Shown piece by piece: positions 1 through 7,835 of a stretch of 64,000 nucleotides of DNA (positions are counted from its first letter, which is position 1; every line of letters begins with the position of its first letter). The translations under genes and the position numbers were made by a program. Under the pieces are notes generated by a model. That model was not told the DNA's origin, ran no database searches, and saw only the letters and a list, made by a program, of their open reading frames with translations. Location of the stretch: positions 23,794 through 87,793 of the forward strand of contig DASTOJ010000005.1 of the NCBI GenBank assembly GCA_035762565.1, in the 5' to 3' direction. Source of the DNA: Candidatus Methylomirabilota bacterium. Its GTDB lineage: Bacteria; Methylomirabilota; Methylomirabilia; Rokubacteriales; CSP1-6.

Positions 1-458
1 AGCTCGGCCCCGACGTCGCGTTCTCCAACGCGCCCGGCGCGCCCGAGGCGATCTACGGTCAGGCCTTCTTCCCCCTGTCGGATCCCGTGACGCTGGCAGC
101 GGGGGACACCGTGTCCGTGGCCGTCACCGCCACGCTCGTCGGCCGGGACTACGTCTGGTCGTGGACCACGCGCGTGCACGGGGGAGGGCGAGGGGGGCAG
201 CTCAAGGCCGAATACCGGCAGTCCACCTTTCTCGGCGCGCCGCTGTCGCGCGCGACGCTGGCCCGGCGCTCGGCGGATCACGTGCCTGCGCTGACGGAGG
301 AGGGGCGCCTGGAGCTGCTGATCCTGGAATCGCTCGACGCCCACCTGCCGCTGGGACGCATCGCCGATGAGGTCCTGGCGAAGTTCCCGGCCGCGTGCTC
401 CACGTGGGAGGCGGCCCTGACACGCGTGGCCGACGCCTCGGCGCGCTACAGCCGATGA
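1..458 (+). CDS. SAM-dependent methyltransferase, PRMT-like beta-barrel part plus extra C-terminal ~60 aa tail (5' end outside window)
   Basis: The frame is open from the window edge (LGPDVAFSNAPGAPEAIYGQAFFPLSDPVTLAAGDTVSVAV...). This resembles the FSTSP..THWKQTVFYL..L.V..G beta-barrel segment of protein arginine methyltransferases. The tail LTEEGRLELLILESLDAHLPLGRIADEVLAKFP has a PqqD/RRE-like pattern. The stop overlaps the next start (ATGA at 455-458). Confidence 0.5.
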   Translation, partial: LGPDVAFSNAPGAPEAIYGQAFFPLSDPVTLAAGDTVSVAVTATLVGRDYVWSWTTRVHGGGRGGQLKAEYRQSTFLGAPLSRATLARRSADHVPALTEEGRLELLILESLDAHLPLGRIADEVLAKFPAACSTWEAALTRVADASARYSR

Positions 459-1657
459 CCGTGACGGGAGCCCTGACGATCGAGGATCAGCTGCTCGTGA
501 GCGGCGCGCACCCGGTCCTGTCGGCCGAGCGCGAGCGAGGGATGTCGCGGCTGCTCGCGCTCGGTCCGGACTGGTCGCGCCTGGTCGCCGACGCCGAGCG
601 CCACGGGCTCGCCGCCCTCCTGCACGGCCACCTGTGCGCGCCGGGTGTGGCCGGCGTGCCGGCTGCGATCCGGGAGTCGCTGGCGCGCTCGGCGTGGACG
701 TGCGTCGCCTGGAACCTGCGCCTCCGGCACGAGCTGGGCCGTCTGCTCACGGCGTTCGACCGAGGCCGGGTCGCGGTGATGCCGCTCAAGGGCCCTGTGC
801 TCGCCGATCAGCTCTATCCCGATCCCATGCTCCGCTCCACGGGGGACCTCGACCTCCTCGTCCGGTCCGCCGATCGTCGGGCCGCCGAGAAGATTCTCCA
901 GGGCCTCGGTTGCCGACGCTTGCCGGCGCGCGAGCAGGGCACGGACTATCACACGGTCTTCGTGTCCGACGACGGGGACGCGGCCGGCGAGGTCCTCGTG
1001 GAGCTGCACCACGAGCTGGGGGAGCGCCACGTCTCCGGCCCCGACGTCCGGGCGATCTGGGACCGGGCGTCCCCGAGCGCGTGGGCCGGTCTGCCGATCT
1101 GGTCCATGGCGCTGCCCGACCTGCTCGTCTACCTGTGCTTCCATGCGGCGAAGGACGGGCTGGCCTCGCTGCGCGCGCTCCTCGACATCACCCTGCTGAT
1201 CGAGCGGCACCGAGGCGAGATCCCGTGGGCCGAGGTGACGGCCCGGGCGAGGGCGGCGCACGTGGCCTCGCCGGTCTACCTGAGCCTCGGTCAGAGCCGC
1301 GCGCTGCTCGGCGCGCCCGTTCCGGAGGCCGTCCTCGGGGCCCTGCGGCCGTGCCGGCTGGGGTGGGGCTTGAGCCTGCGCCTGTTCAGGTGGCGGGGGG
1401 GCGTGCTGCACGTGCCGCAGGAGCGGCTGGTCGGCCCGTTCATGGCGATCCTCATGATCCTCTGGGAGGACTCGCCCCGCCGCCGGTTGCGCCAGGTGCA
1501 GCGCAACCTCCTGCCGTCGCCGCGTCTCAGGGAGCGCTGGACCGACGTCGGGCCGGCGGCCCCGTGGGTGCGCTGGTACCCCGTCTGGCTCTGGTGTGCG
1601 GTGCGACAGGCGGCCCGTCAGCTCCGGACCCGGCCGCGGGACGCTGGATGCTGCTGA
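455..1657 (+). CDS. uncharacterised nucleotidyltransferase family protein (PF14907-like)
   Basis: The ATG at 455 lies in an ATGA overlap with the upstream stop. The motif MPLKGPVLADQLYPDPMLRSTGDLDLLVRSADRRAAEKILQGLG is typical of the NTP_transf_5 family. Confidence 0.7.
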   Translation: MTVTGALTIEDQLLVSGAHPVLSAERERGMSRLLALGPDWSRLVADAERHGLAALLHGHLCAPGVAGVPAAIRESLARSAWTCVAWNLRLRHELGRLLTAFDRGRVAVMPLKGPVLADQLYPDPMLRSTGDLDLLVRSADRRAAEKILQGLGCRRLPAREQGTDYHTVFVSDDGDAAGEVLVELHHELGERHVSGPDVRAIWDRASPSAWAGLPIWSMALPDLLVYLCFHAAKDGLASLRALLDITLLIERHRGEIPWAEVTARARAAHVASPVYLSLGQSRALLGAPVPEAVLGALRPCRLGWGLSLRLFRWRGGVLHVPQERLVGPFMAILMILWEDSPRRRLRQVQRNLLPSPRLRERWTDVGPAAPWVRWYPVWLWCAVRQAARQLRTRPRDAGCC

Positions 1658-2673
1658 CGACGATCGCCGGCAGCCTGCCCAAGCCCGCCTGGCTCGCCGA
1701 GCCCGAGCGGCTGTGGGCCCCGTGGCTCCTGCCGCCCGAGGCGCTGGCCGAGGGGCAGCGCGACGCGGTCCTGGCCGCGCTCAAGGATCAGGAGGCGGCC
1801 GGCATCGACATCGTCACCGACGGCGAGCAGTCGCGCCAGCACTTCGTGCACGGGTTTCTCGGGAAGATCGACGGCATCGACTTCGCGCGGCGGGTGACGA
1901 TCGGCATCCGCGCCGATCGGTACAAGGCCGAGGTGCCCACGGTGACCGGTCCGCTCGCGCGCCGGGCACCCGTCCACCTGGACGAGGTCCGCTGGGCTCG
2001 CGCCCACACCGACCGCCGCCTGAAGTTCACCATCCCCGGCCCGATGACGATCGTGGATACCCTCGCCGACGAGTACTATCGCGACCGCCCGCGGCTGGCC
2101 CTGGAGTTCGCCCGCATCATCAACGAGGAGGCGCGGGAGCTGGTCGCGGCCGGCCTCGACGTGCTCCAGCTCGACGAGCCGGCCTTCAACGTGTACATGG
2201 ACGACGTGGCGGAGTGGGGGATCGCCGCCCTGCACCGGGCCATCGAGGGGCTGGGCTGCACGACCGCCGTGCACATCTGCTACGGCTACGGGATCAAGGC
2301 CAACATCGACTGGAAGCAGACCCTGGGGAGCGAGTGGCGCCAGTACGAGCGGACCTTCCCGCTGCTGGCCGCGAGCCGGATCGACCAGGTGTCGATCGAG
2401 TGCGCGAGCTCCCGCGTGCCGCTGTCGCTGCTGGAACTGCTGGCCGGCAAGGACGTGCTGGCGGGGGTGATCGACGTGGCGACCCACGCGGTGGAGACGC
2501 CGGAGGAGGTGGCCGCCACCATCCGGCGCGCCCTGGCGCACGTGCCGGCCGCGCGCCTGTTGCCGTGCACCAACTGCGGCATGGTCCCGCTGCCGCGCGC
2601 CGTCGCGCGGGCCAAGCTCCGCGCCCTGGGCGCCGGCGCCCGGCTCGTCCGCCGCGAGCTGGGCGAGGCCTGA
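1648..2673 (+). CDS. cobalamin-independent methionine synthase catalytic-domain protein (stand-alone MetE C-terminal-like)
   Basis: The internal ATG at 1648 overlaps the previous gene by 10 nt. Motifs: GSLPKPAWL, IVTDGEQSRQHF, LQLDEPAF, HICYGY, PCTNCGM (MetE-type Zn ligand context). Confidence 0.8.
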   Translation: MLLTTIAGSLPKPAWLAEPERLWAPWLLPPEALAEGQRDAVLAALKDQEAAGIDIVTDGEQSRQHFVHGFLGKIDGIDFARRVTIGIRADRYKAEVPTVTGPLARRAPVHLDEVRWARAHTDRRLKFTIPGPMTIVDTLADEYYRDRPRLALEFARIINEEARELVAAGLDVLQLDEPAFNVYMDDVAEWGIAALHRAIEGLGCTTAVHICYGYGIKANIDWKQTLGSEWRQYERTFPLLAASRIDQVSIECASSRVPLSLLELLAGKDVLAGVIDVATHAVETPEEVAATIRRALAHVPAARLLPCTNCGMVPLPRAVARAKLRALGAGARLVRRELGEA

Positions 2674-2676
2674 GCC

Positions 2677-5481
2677 GTGGATGCCGGGCACGAGGTCGAC
2701 ACGGGCTGGTTCGGGGACGCGGACGGTGCGCTGCCGCTCGGCGCGCCCTTCCGGCCGGGGCTCGATCCGCTGCCCGCGCGGCAGCACGCGTGGGCCGTGG
2801 TGAAGGATCGCCTCGGGCGCCCCGCCCACGGCGAGCCGCGCTCGGCGCTTCACCGCATCACCATCCCGGTGCCCGAGCCCGGGCCCGCCGAGGCGATCGG
2901 CTACGTGCTCTACGCCGGGCTGACCTACAACACGCTCTTCGCCGCCCGCGGCGTGCCGATCTCGGTCTTCGACCTGCACGACCGCGACCGGCACGTGCCC
3001 GGCAGCGGCGCCGTCGTGCTGGTCGCCGCGCTCGGCAGCGAGACGGCGCGCCAGGGGCGGCTGAAGACCGGCGAGCTGCGCGTGCTCTATCCGGGCGTCT
3101 CAGATCTGCTGTCGCCCCGGGCCGGCGAGGACCCGATGCACGCCGACTTCAAGATCCAGGGCTACGAGACGCCCGACGGCTCGTTCTGCCAGTTCGTTCG
3201 GGCGCAGGCGCCGCAGCTCCTGGCGCACTCCGAGCGGCTCACGCTGCCCGAGGGCTCCTCGTACATGCTCGACCTCGAGACCGTCTACAAGGCGCTGTTC
3301 GACGTGGCGCGCGTCCGGACCGGCGAGCGCGTGTTCGTGGAGGGCGCGGCCGGCGGCACCGGCCTCTACGCGGTGGCCTGCGCCGTCCTGCGCGGCGCCC
3401 GCGTCACGGGGCTGGTGTCCACCGCGGACAAGGGGAAGCTCGTGCTGAGCCGCGGGGCCGCCGCGTACGTCAACCGGAAGGACCCGACGGTGGCCGGCGC
3501 CTTCACGCCGGTGCCCCGCGCGCGCGCGGCCCGCGCCGCCTGGTCCGCCGCCGGCCGCGAGCTGAACGAGGCCGTGCACGCCGCCGACGCCGGCGCGCCG
3601 ATCGACGTGGTCGTCTCCTCGGTCGGGCGGGACCTCTTCCCGCGCATGATCGAGCTGCTCGGCCCCGGGGGACGCCTGGTGTTCTATGGGGCCACCAGCG
3701 GCTACACGCTCACGTTCCTCGGCAAGCCAGGGACGGCGCCGGCCGCCGAGATGCTGGGACGGGCCGGCCTGCGGCCGACGCAGGGCGTGCTCGTCTACTG
3801 GCGGGATGGCGGCGACGCGGTCGGCGCCGCCGCCGTCACTGCGGCGCTGGAGGCGGGGGGGCGCGTGGTGGTGACCACGCGCTCCGACGCCGAGGCGGTC
3901 GCGGTGCAGGCGGCCCATCGTGTGCACGGCGTCGTCAGCCTCCAATCGCTGGCGCGGAGCAGTGGCTTGCGCTGGCCGGAGTCGATGCCGGACTATGACG
4001 AGGACCCCGAGGGCTACCGGCAGTACCAGGACACCACGCTCAAGCCCTTCGGCCAGGCAGTGGGCCGGCTGCTCGCCACGCCCGACAACCCACGCGGCAA
4101 CCCCGATCTCATCGTCGACCGGGCGGGGCAGGACACCCTCGGCGTGAGCACGTTCCTGGCCCGGCCCTTCACGGGCGTCGTGGTCTACCTCGAGGACACC
4201 GCCGGCGACCGGCTCTCGTTCTACGCCCCCAACGTCTGGATGCACGGCAAGCGCGTGCTGTTTCCGAGCTTCGCCATCCTCGGCAGCCACCTGTCCAACG
4301 CGCACCAGGCCGAGGAGGTCGTGCGCCTGCTCGACACCGGGGCGCTGACCCTGCATCCGCCGGCCGTGCATCCGTGGGAGGAGCTGGCCGAGGCCCATCA
4401 GGCCATCCACGACAACCGCCACGCCGGCACGCTGACCGTCCGCGTGGGCGCCGTCGCCGCGCTCGACGGTGCGCGCACCGCGCGCGAGGTGTACGAGGCG
4501 TGGGGCTCGCGCTTCGTCGACGGCGCGGCCGTCCGCGTGCGCCTCGATGCGGTGCGCCCGGGCCTGCCGGCGCGGGTGGCGCTGGTGACGATCGACGTGC
4601 CGCCGGCCAACGCGCTCGGGCGGGCGACGCTCGACGACCTCGAGCGGGCCCTGGCCGTGCTGGAGGCCGAGCCCGGGCTCAAGGCCGCGGTGCTGACGGG
4701 CGGCGGCGGCCTGTTCGTGGCCGGGGCCGACATCCGCCAGCTCCGCGCGTTCACGAGCGCGGAGGACGTCGAGGCGCTGGCCGCCCGCGCCCAGCGGCTG
4801 TTCGGCCGGATCGCCCGGCTGCCGTTTCCGATGATCGCCGCCGTCGACGGCTACGCGCTCGGGGGCGGCAACGAGCTGCAGATGGCCTGCGCGTACCGCA
4901 TCGCCTCCCGGCGGGCCGAGCTGGGGCAACCGGAGATCAACCTGCACGTCATCCCCGGGTTCGGCGGCACGCAGATGCTGCCGCGTCTGGCCGCCCGCCG
5001 GGCGCGGGCGGGTGGCGGCCAGATGTACCCGCTGTTGATCGACGCGCTCTCCATACTGCTCGACGGCCGCCGGCGCTCAGCCGAGCGCATGCTGGCCCTG
5101 GGCCTCGTCGACGAGGTGGCGCCGGCCGACGCCCTGGCTCACGCGCTGAGCGTCGCACGGCGCATCGCGCTCGGCGAGTTCGCGGGCACGCTCTGGTCGC
5201 CCCTGGCCGAGGCGGGCACGCTGGCCTTCCCCAACGTCGAGCGCGATCCCGAGATCCAGCGCCTGCTCGGTCACCACGAGCGGATCCCCCGCGCCGCGCC
5301 GGCCCGCGCGATCCTCGAGCTGGTGCGGGTGGGCTTCACGCAAGGCCTGGCCGCGGGCCTCGCCGCCGAGGCGCGCGAGTTCGGCCGGCTGGCCGCTTCG
5401 GACGAGGGACGAGCCGGGCTCGATCGCTTCCTGGCCCGCCGCTCGCTCGCACTTCCCCTTCGCCGGGACGACGTGACGTAG
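2677..5481 (+). CDS. fusion protein: crotonyl-CoA carboxylase/reductase-like MDR enoyl reductase (N-terminal) plus enoyl-CoA hydratase/crotonase (C-terminal)
   Basis: 934-aa ORF with a GTG start 3 nt after the upstream stop. N-terminal part: DPMHADFKIQGYETPDGSFCQFVRAQAPQLL, VFVEGAAGGTGLYAV (Rossmann), GSHLSNAHQAEE..., NRHAGTLTV (Ccr/MDR-like). C-terminal part: VALVTIDVPPANALG, VLTGGGGLFVAGADI, AAVDGYALGGGNELQMACAYRIA, GQPEINLHVIPGFGGTQ (crotonase fold). Confidence 0.75.
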   Translation: MDAGHEVDTGWFGDADGALPLGAPFRPGLDPLPARQHAWAVVKDRLGRPAHGEPRSALHRITIPVPEPGPAEAIGYVLYAGLTYNTLFAARGVPISVFDLHDRDRHVPGSGAVVLVAALGSETARQGRLKTGELRVLYPGVSDLLSPRAGEDPMHADFKIQGYETPDGSFCQFVRAQAPQLLAHSERLTLPEGSSYMLDLETVYKALFDVARVRTGERVFVEGAAGGTGLYAVACAVLRGARVTGLVSTADKGKLVLSRGAAAYVNRKDPTVAGAFTPVPRARAARAAWSAAGRELNEAVHAADAGAPIDVVVSSVGRDLFPRMIELLGPGGRLVFYGATSGYTLTFLGKPGTAPAAEMLGRAGLRPTQGVLVYWRDGGDAVGAAAVTAALEAGGRVVVTTRSDAEAVAVQAAHRVHGVVSLQSLARSSGLRWPESMPDYDEDPEGYRQYQDTTLKPFGQAVGRLLATPDNPRGNPDLIVDRAGQDTLGVSTFLARPFTGVVVYLEDTAGDRLSFYAPNVWMHGKRVLFPSFAILGSHLSNAHQAEEVVRLLDTGALTLHPPAVHPWEELAEAHQAIHDNRHAGTLTVRVGAVAALDGARTAREVYEAWGSRFVDGAAVRVRLDAVRPGLPARVALVTIDVPPANALGRATLDDLERALAVLEAEPGLKAAVLTGGGGLFVAGADIRQLRAFTSAEDVEALAARAQRLFGRIARLPFPMIAAVDGYALGGGNELQMACAYRIASRRAELGQPEINLHVIPGFGGTQMLPRLAARRARAGGGQMYPLLIDALSILLDGRRRSAERMLALGLVDEVAPADALAHALSVARRIALGEFAGTLWSPLAEAGTLAFPNVERDPEIQRLLGHHERIPRAAPARAILELVRVGFTQGLAAGLAAEAREFGRLAASDEGRAGLDRFLARRSLALPLRRDDVT

Positions 5482-5483
5482 CC

Positions 5484-5999
5484 GTGCGGTGGGTGCTGGA
5501 CGGCTACAACGTGATTCGGCGGGACCCGGATCTGCGGGCGCGCGAGTCTGGCAGCCTCGAAGCCGGCCGGGCGGCCCTCCTGGCGCTCGTCGCCAGGATC
5601 ACCCGCGACTGTTCCGACAGCTTCACGATCGTGTTCGACGGCGCCCGTCGCTTTTCCGGGAGCGCGCCGGGTGGCGGGCGCGTGCAGGTCGTCTTCTCAC
5701 GGCCGCCCGAGACGGCCGACGACGTGTTGCGCCGCCTGGCGGCGGGATTGCGCGAGGGGGCGGTCGTCGTCACCTCCGACCGGGCCGTGCAGACCGCCGC
5801 CCGACGAGTCGGTGCCGTGGCCGTCGGCGCCGAGGCGTTCCTCGCCGCGGCTACGCCCGCGGCGGCCCTCGCCGACGCGCCGAAGGACGAGGCCGACGAC
5901 GATGACGATGAGGCGCTGCCCCCCCGTGGCCCGCGGCGACGACCGTCGCGGGAGGCCCGTGCGGCGCAGAGAGTTCTGCTTCGCCTCCGAACTCGTTGA
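5484..5999 (+). CDS. NYN domain protein (YacP/Rae1-like predicted RNase)
   Basis: GTG start 2 nt after the upstream stop. Motifs: RWVLDGYNVIR, FTIVFDG, VVFS...TADDVL, VVVTSDRAVQ. The tail is first acidic, then basic. Confidence 0.65.
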   Translation: MRWVLDGYNVIRRDPDLRARESGSLEAGRAALLALVARITRDCSDSFTIVFDGARRFSGSAPGGGRVQVVFSRPPETADDVLRRLAAGLREGAVVVTSDRAVQTAARRVGAVAVGAEAFLAAATPAAALADAPKDEADDDDDEALPPRGPRRRPSREARAAQRVLLRLRTR

Positions 6000-6030
6000 C
6001 GCCCGCCGGCGAATCCGCTACAACCACCCA

Positions 6031-6267
6031 GTGGGCCGCCATCTCTTCATCGTTTCCCGCCAGTCTCCAGACCTCTACGCCTACCTCTCGCGCGAGTTCT
6101 CGTCCGAGCCGGATGTCGTCGTGATCCTCGACCGGCGCGAGCATGATCGCTGGGCCGGCGAGTCGGAGGCGGGGACGGCCGAGCGGCGGCAAGGTGACCG
6201 ACGCGTCAAGACCGAGGTCAGGACCCAGCTGTCGACCCTGGGGTACGCCTTCGTCCGCATCGATTGA
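6031..6267 (+). CDS. small hypothetical protein with an LFIVS...LYAYL...VVILDRR motif
   Basis: GTG at 6031, in frame with ORF 5671..6267. The N-terminal ~45 aa align with the N-terminus of the protein at 52516..53154. Arg-rich middle segment (ERRQGDRR). Confidence 0.5.
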   Translation: MGRHLFIVSRQSPDLYAYLSREFSSEPDVVVILDRREHDRWAGESEAGTAERRQGDRRVKTEVRTQLSTLGYAFVRID

Positions 6268-6447
6268 CCCGCCGGAGGTCAACGGTTACCGTGTAAGGTC
6301 TACACCCTCAGTCGAGTCGATTTGAAGCGCTTACAGGGACGGGCGCGACCTAAATAACCGATAAGCTGGACGTTACGAGTGGTACTAGACCTGCATCATG
6401 CGCGCGACGTGTTCGAAATTCCGGTATGCGTTGCCGCGCCGCGGAGA

Positions 6448-6924
6448 ATGCCGGACCAGCCGCATCGCCGTGGCCACAGGCCTCGGGCCCACCGCATCCC
6501 GGTGCCGGACCTCTCACGGCCGGAGGTCAGCAGGATCAGGGTCCCGCGCCGGACCGGCTTGATCTTGATCGTCGACGATTCCTTGCACACCCGCGAGCTC
6601 TACACCGAGTACCTGACGTACCAGGGCCTGGGCGTGGTGACGGCGGCGGACGCCGAATCGGGGCTGGCGCTGGCCCAGTCGCTGAAGCCCGACGTGATCG
6701 TCATGGACCTCGCCATGCCCGGCCTCAACGGCATCACAGCCACGCACCGTCTCAAGCAGGACCCCCGGACGCGGCGCATCCCGATCATCGTTCTCACGGG
6801 CTACGCGTTTCGCGCCATCGAGCACGGCGCGCTGGAAGCCGGCGCCGAGGTGTTCCTCACCAAGCCCTGCCTGCCCGAGGATCTCGAGTCGAGGATCCGC
6901 AGCCTGCTTCCCAGGCGCGCCTGA
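6448..6924 (+). CDS. single-domain response regulator (CheY-like receiver)
   Basis: Motifs: LILIVDDSLHTRELY...DVIVMDLAMPGLNG...IPIIVLTGY...FLTKP. The start is uncertain: ATG 6448, GTG 6379 or GTG 6502. Confidence 0.75.
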   Translation: MPDQPHRRGHRPRAHRIPVPDLSRPEVSRIRVPRRTGLILIVDDSLHTRELYTEYLTYQGLGVVTAADAESGLALAQSLKPDVIVMDLAMPGLNGITATHRLKQDPRTRRIPIIVLTGYAFRAIEHGALEAGAEVFLTKPCLPEDLESRIRSLLPRRA

Positions 6925-7102
6925 AGGACCGGAAGGAACAGGATGGAGATCCCGACGCCTGCACCGCGTCTGCTATGCCATCTGGCGCGAGGAGTGCGAG
7001 CCACAAGCGACGCATTGACGGCCGCGCCGATGAGGCCGCCGGTGCGTTCAGGGCTGTATCCGTTCGTTGACATCCCATTGGGAGGCGTGACACCGTGACC
7101 GG

Positions 7103-7579
7103 GTGTCGCGCGTCCTGGTGGCGCTCGTCGTCCTGCTCGGCGCCGGGGGGCCAGTGGCCGCCCAGGCTCCCGCCGGGCTCGAGGCCCGCGTCGTGCGCGT
7201 GGTGGACGGCGACACCATCCACGTGCGGGTCAACGGTCGCGTCGAGAAGGTCCGCTACATCGGCGTGAACACCCCCGAGCTGCATCACCCGACACGCGGG
7301 GAAGAGCCGGGTGGGCGCCAGGCTCACGCGGCGAACCGGCGCCTGGTCGAGGGCAAGCGGGTGCGGCTGGATCTCGACGTGCAGTCGCGCGACCGTTACG
7401 GCCGGCTGCTCGCCTACGTCTGGGTCGGTGACACGATGGTCAACGCCGAGCTGATCCGACTCGGCTACGCCCAGGTGATGACGGTCCCGCCCAACGTGCG
7501 CCACCAGGCGCTGTTCCTGAAGCTGCAGCGCGACGCGCGCGAGGCCGGCCGCGGCCTCTGGGGCCTGCCCGCGACCTAA
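7103..7579 (+). CDS. secreted thermonuclease (SNase-like) family protein
   Basis: Signal-peptide-like N-terminus. Motifs: VVRVVDGDTIHV, VRYIGVNTPE, DRYGRLLAYVW, NAELIRLGYA. Confidence 0.85.
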   Translation: MSRVLVALVVLLGAGGPVAAQAPAGLEARVVRVVDGDTIHVRVNGRVEKVRYIGVNTPELHHPTRGEEPGGRQAHAANRRLVEGKRVRLDLDVQSRDRYGRLLAYVWVGDTMVNAELIRLGYAQVMTVPPNVRHQALFLKLQRDAREAGRGLWGLPAT

Positions 7580-7835
7580 TGACTCTCGTGGAATACGGTG
7601 ACGCCGGGGGCTGGGCGTGGGGCGGGCGCGCCCGCATGGCTCGCCTGTCGCCGTAACTCGCGCCGAGCACGGCTCGCTCGGCCCCCCATCCCCCCAAGGG
7701 GCTCTGCGGCAGGCAGTCGAAGCCCTGGCGGCTCGCTCGCCGTGCCCGGCGCTCGAACGGCGACGACGGCTCGCCATGATGGCGCGCCCGCCCCACGCCC
7801 AGCCCCCGGCGTCACCATATTCCACGAGACTCATT
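7578..7835. repeat. ~258-bp imperfect palindromic intergenic element (copy 1)
   Basis: The left arm AATGACTCTCGTGGAATACGGTGACGCCGGGGGCTGGGCGTGGGGCGGGCGCGCC matches the reverse complement of the right end, with 2 mismatches in ~54 nt. It has the same internal layout as the element at 31869..32104. It exactly fills the gap between two convergent stop codons. Confidence 0.8.
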
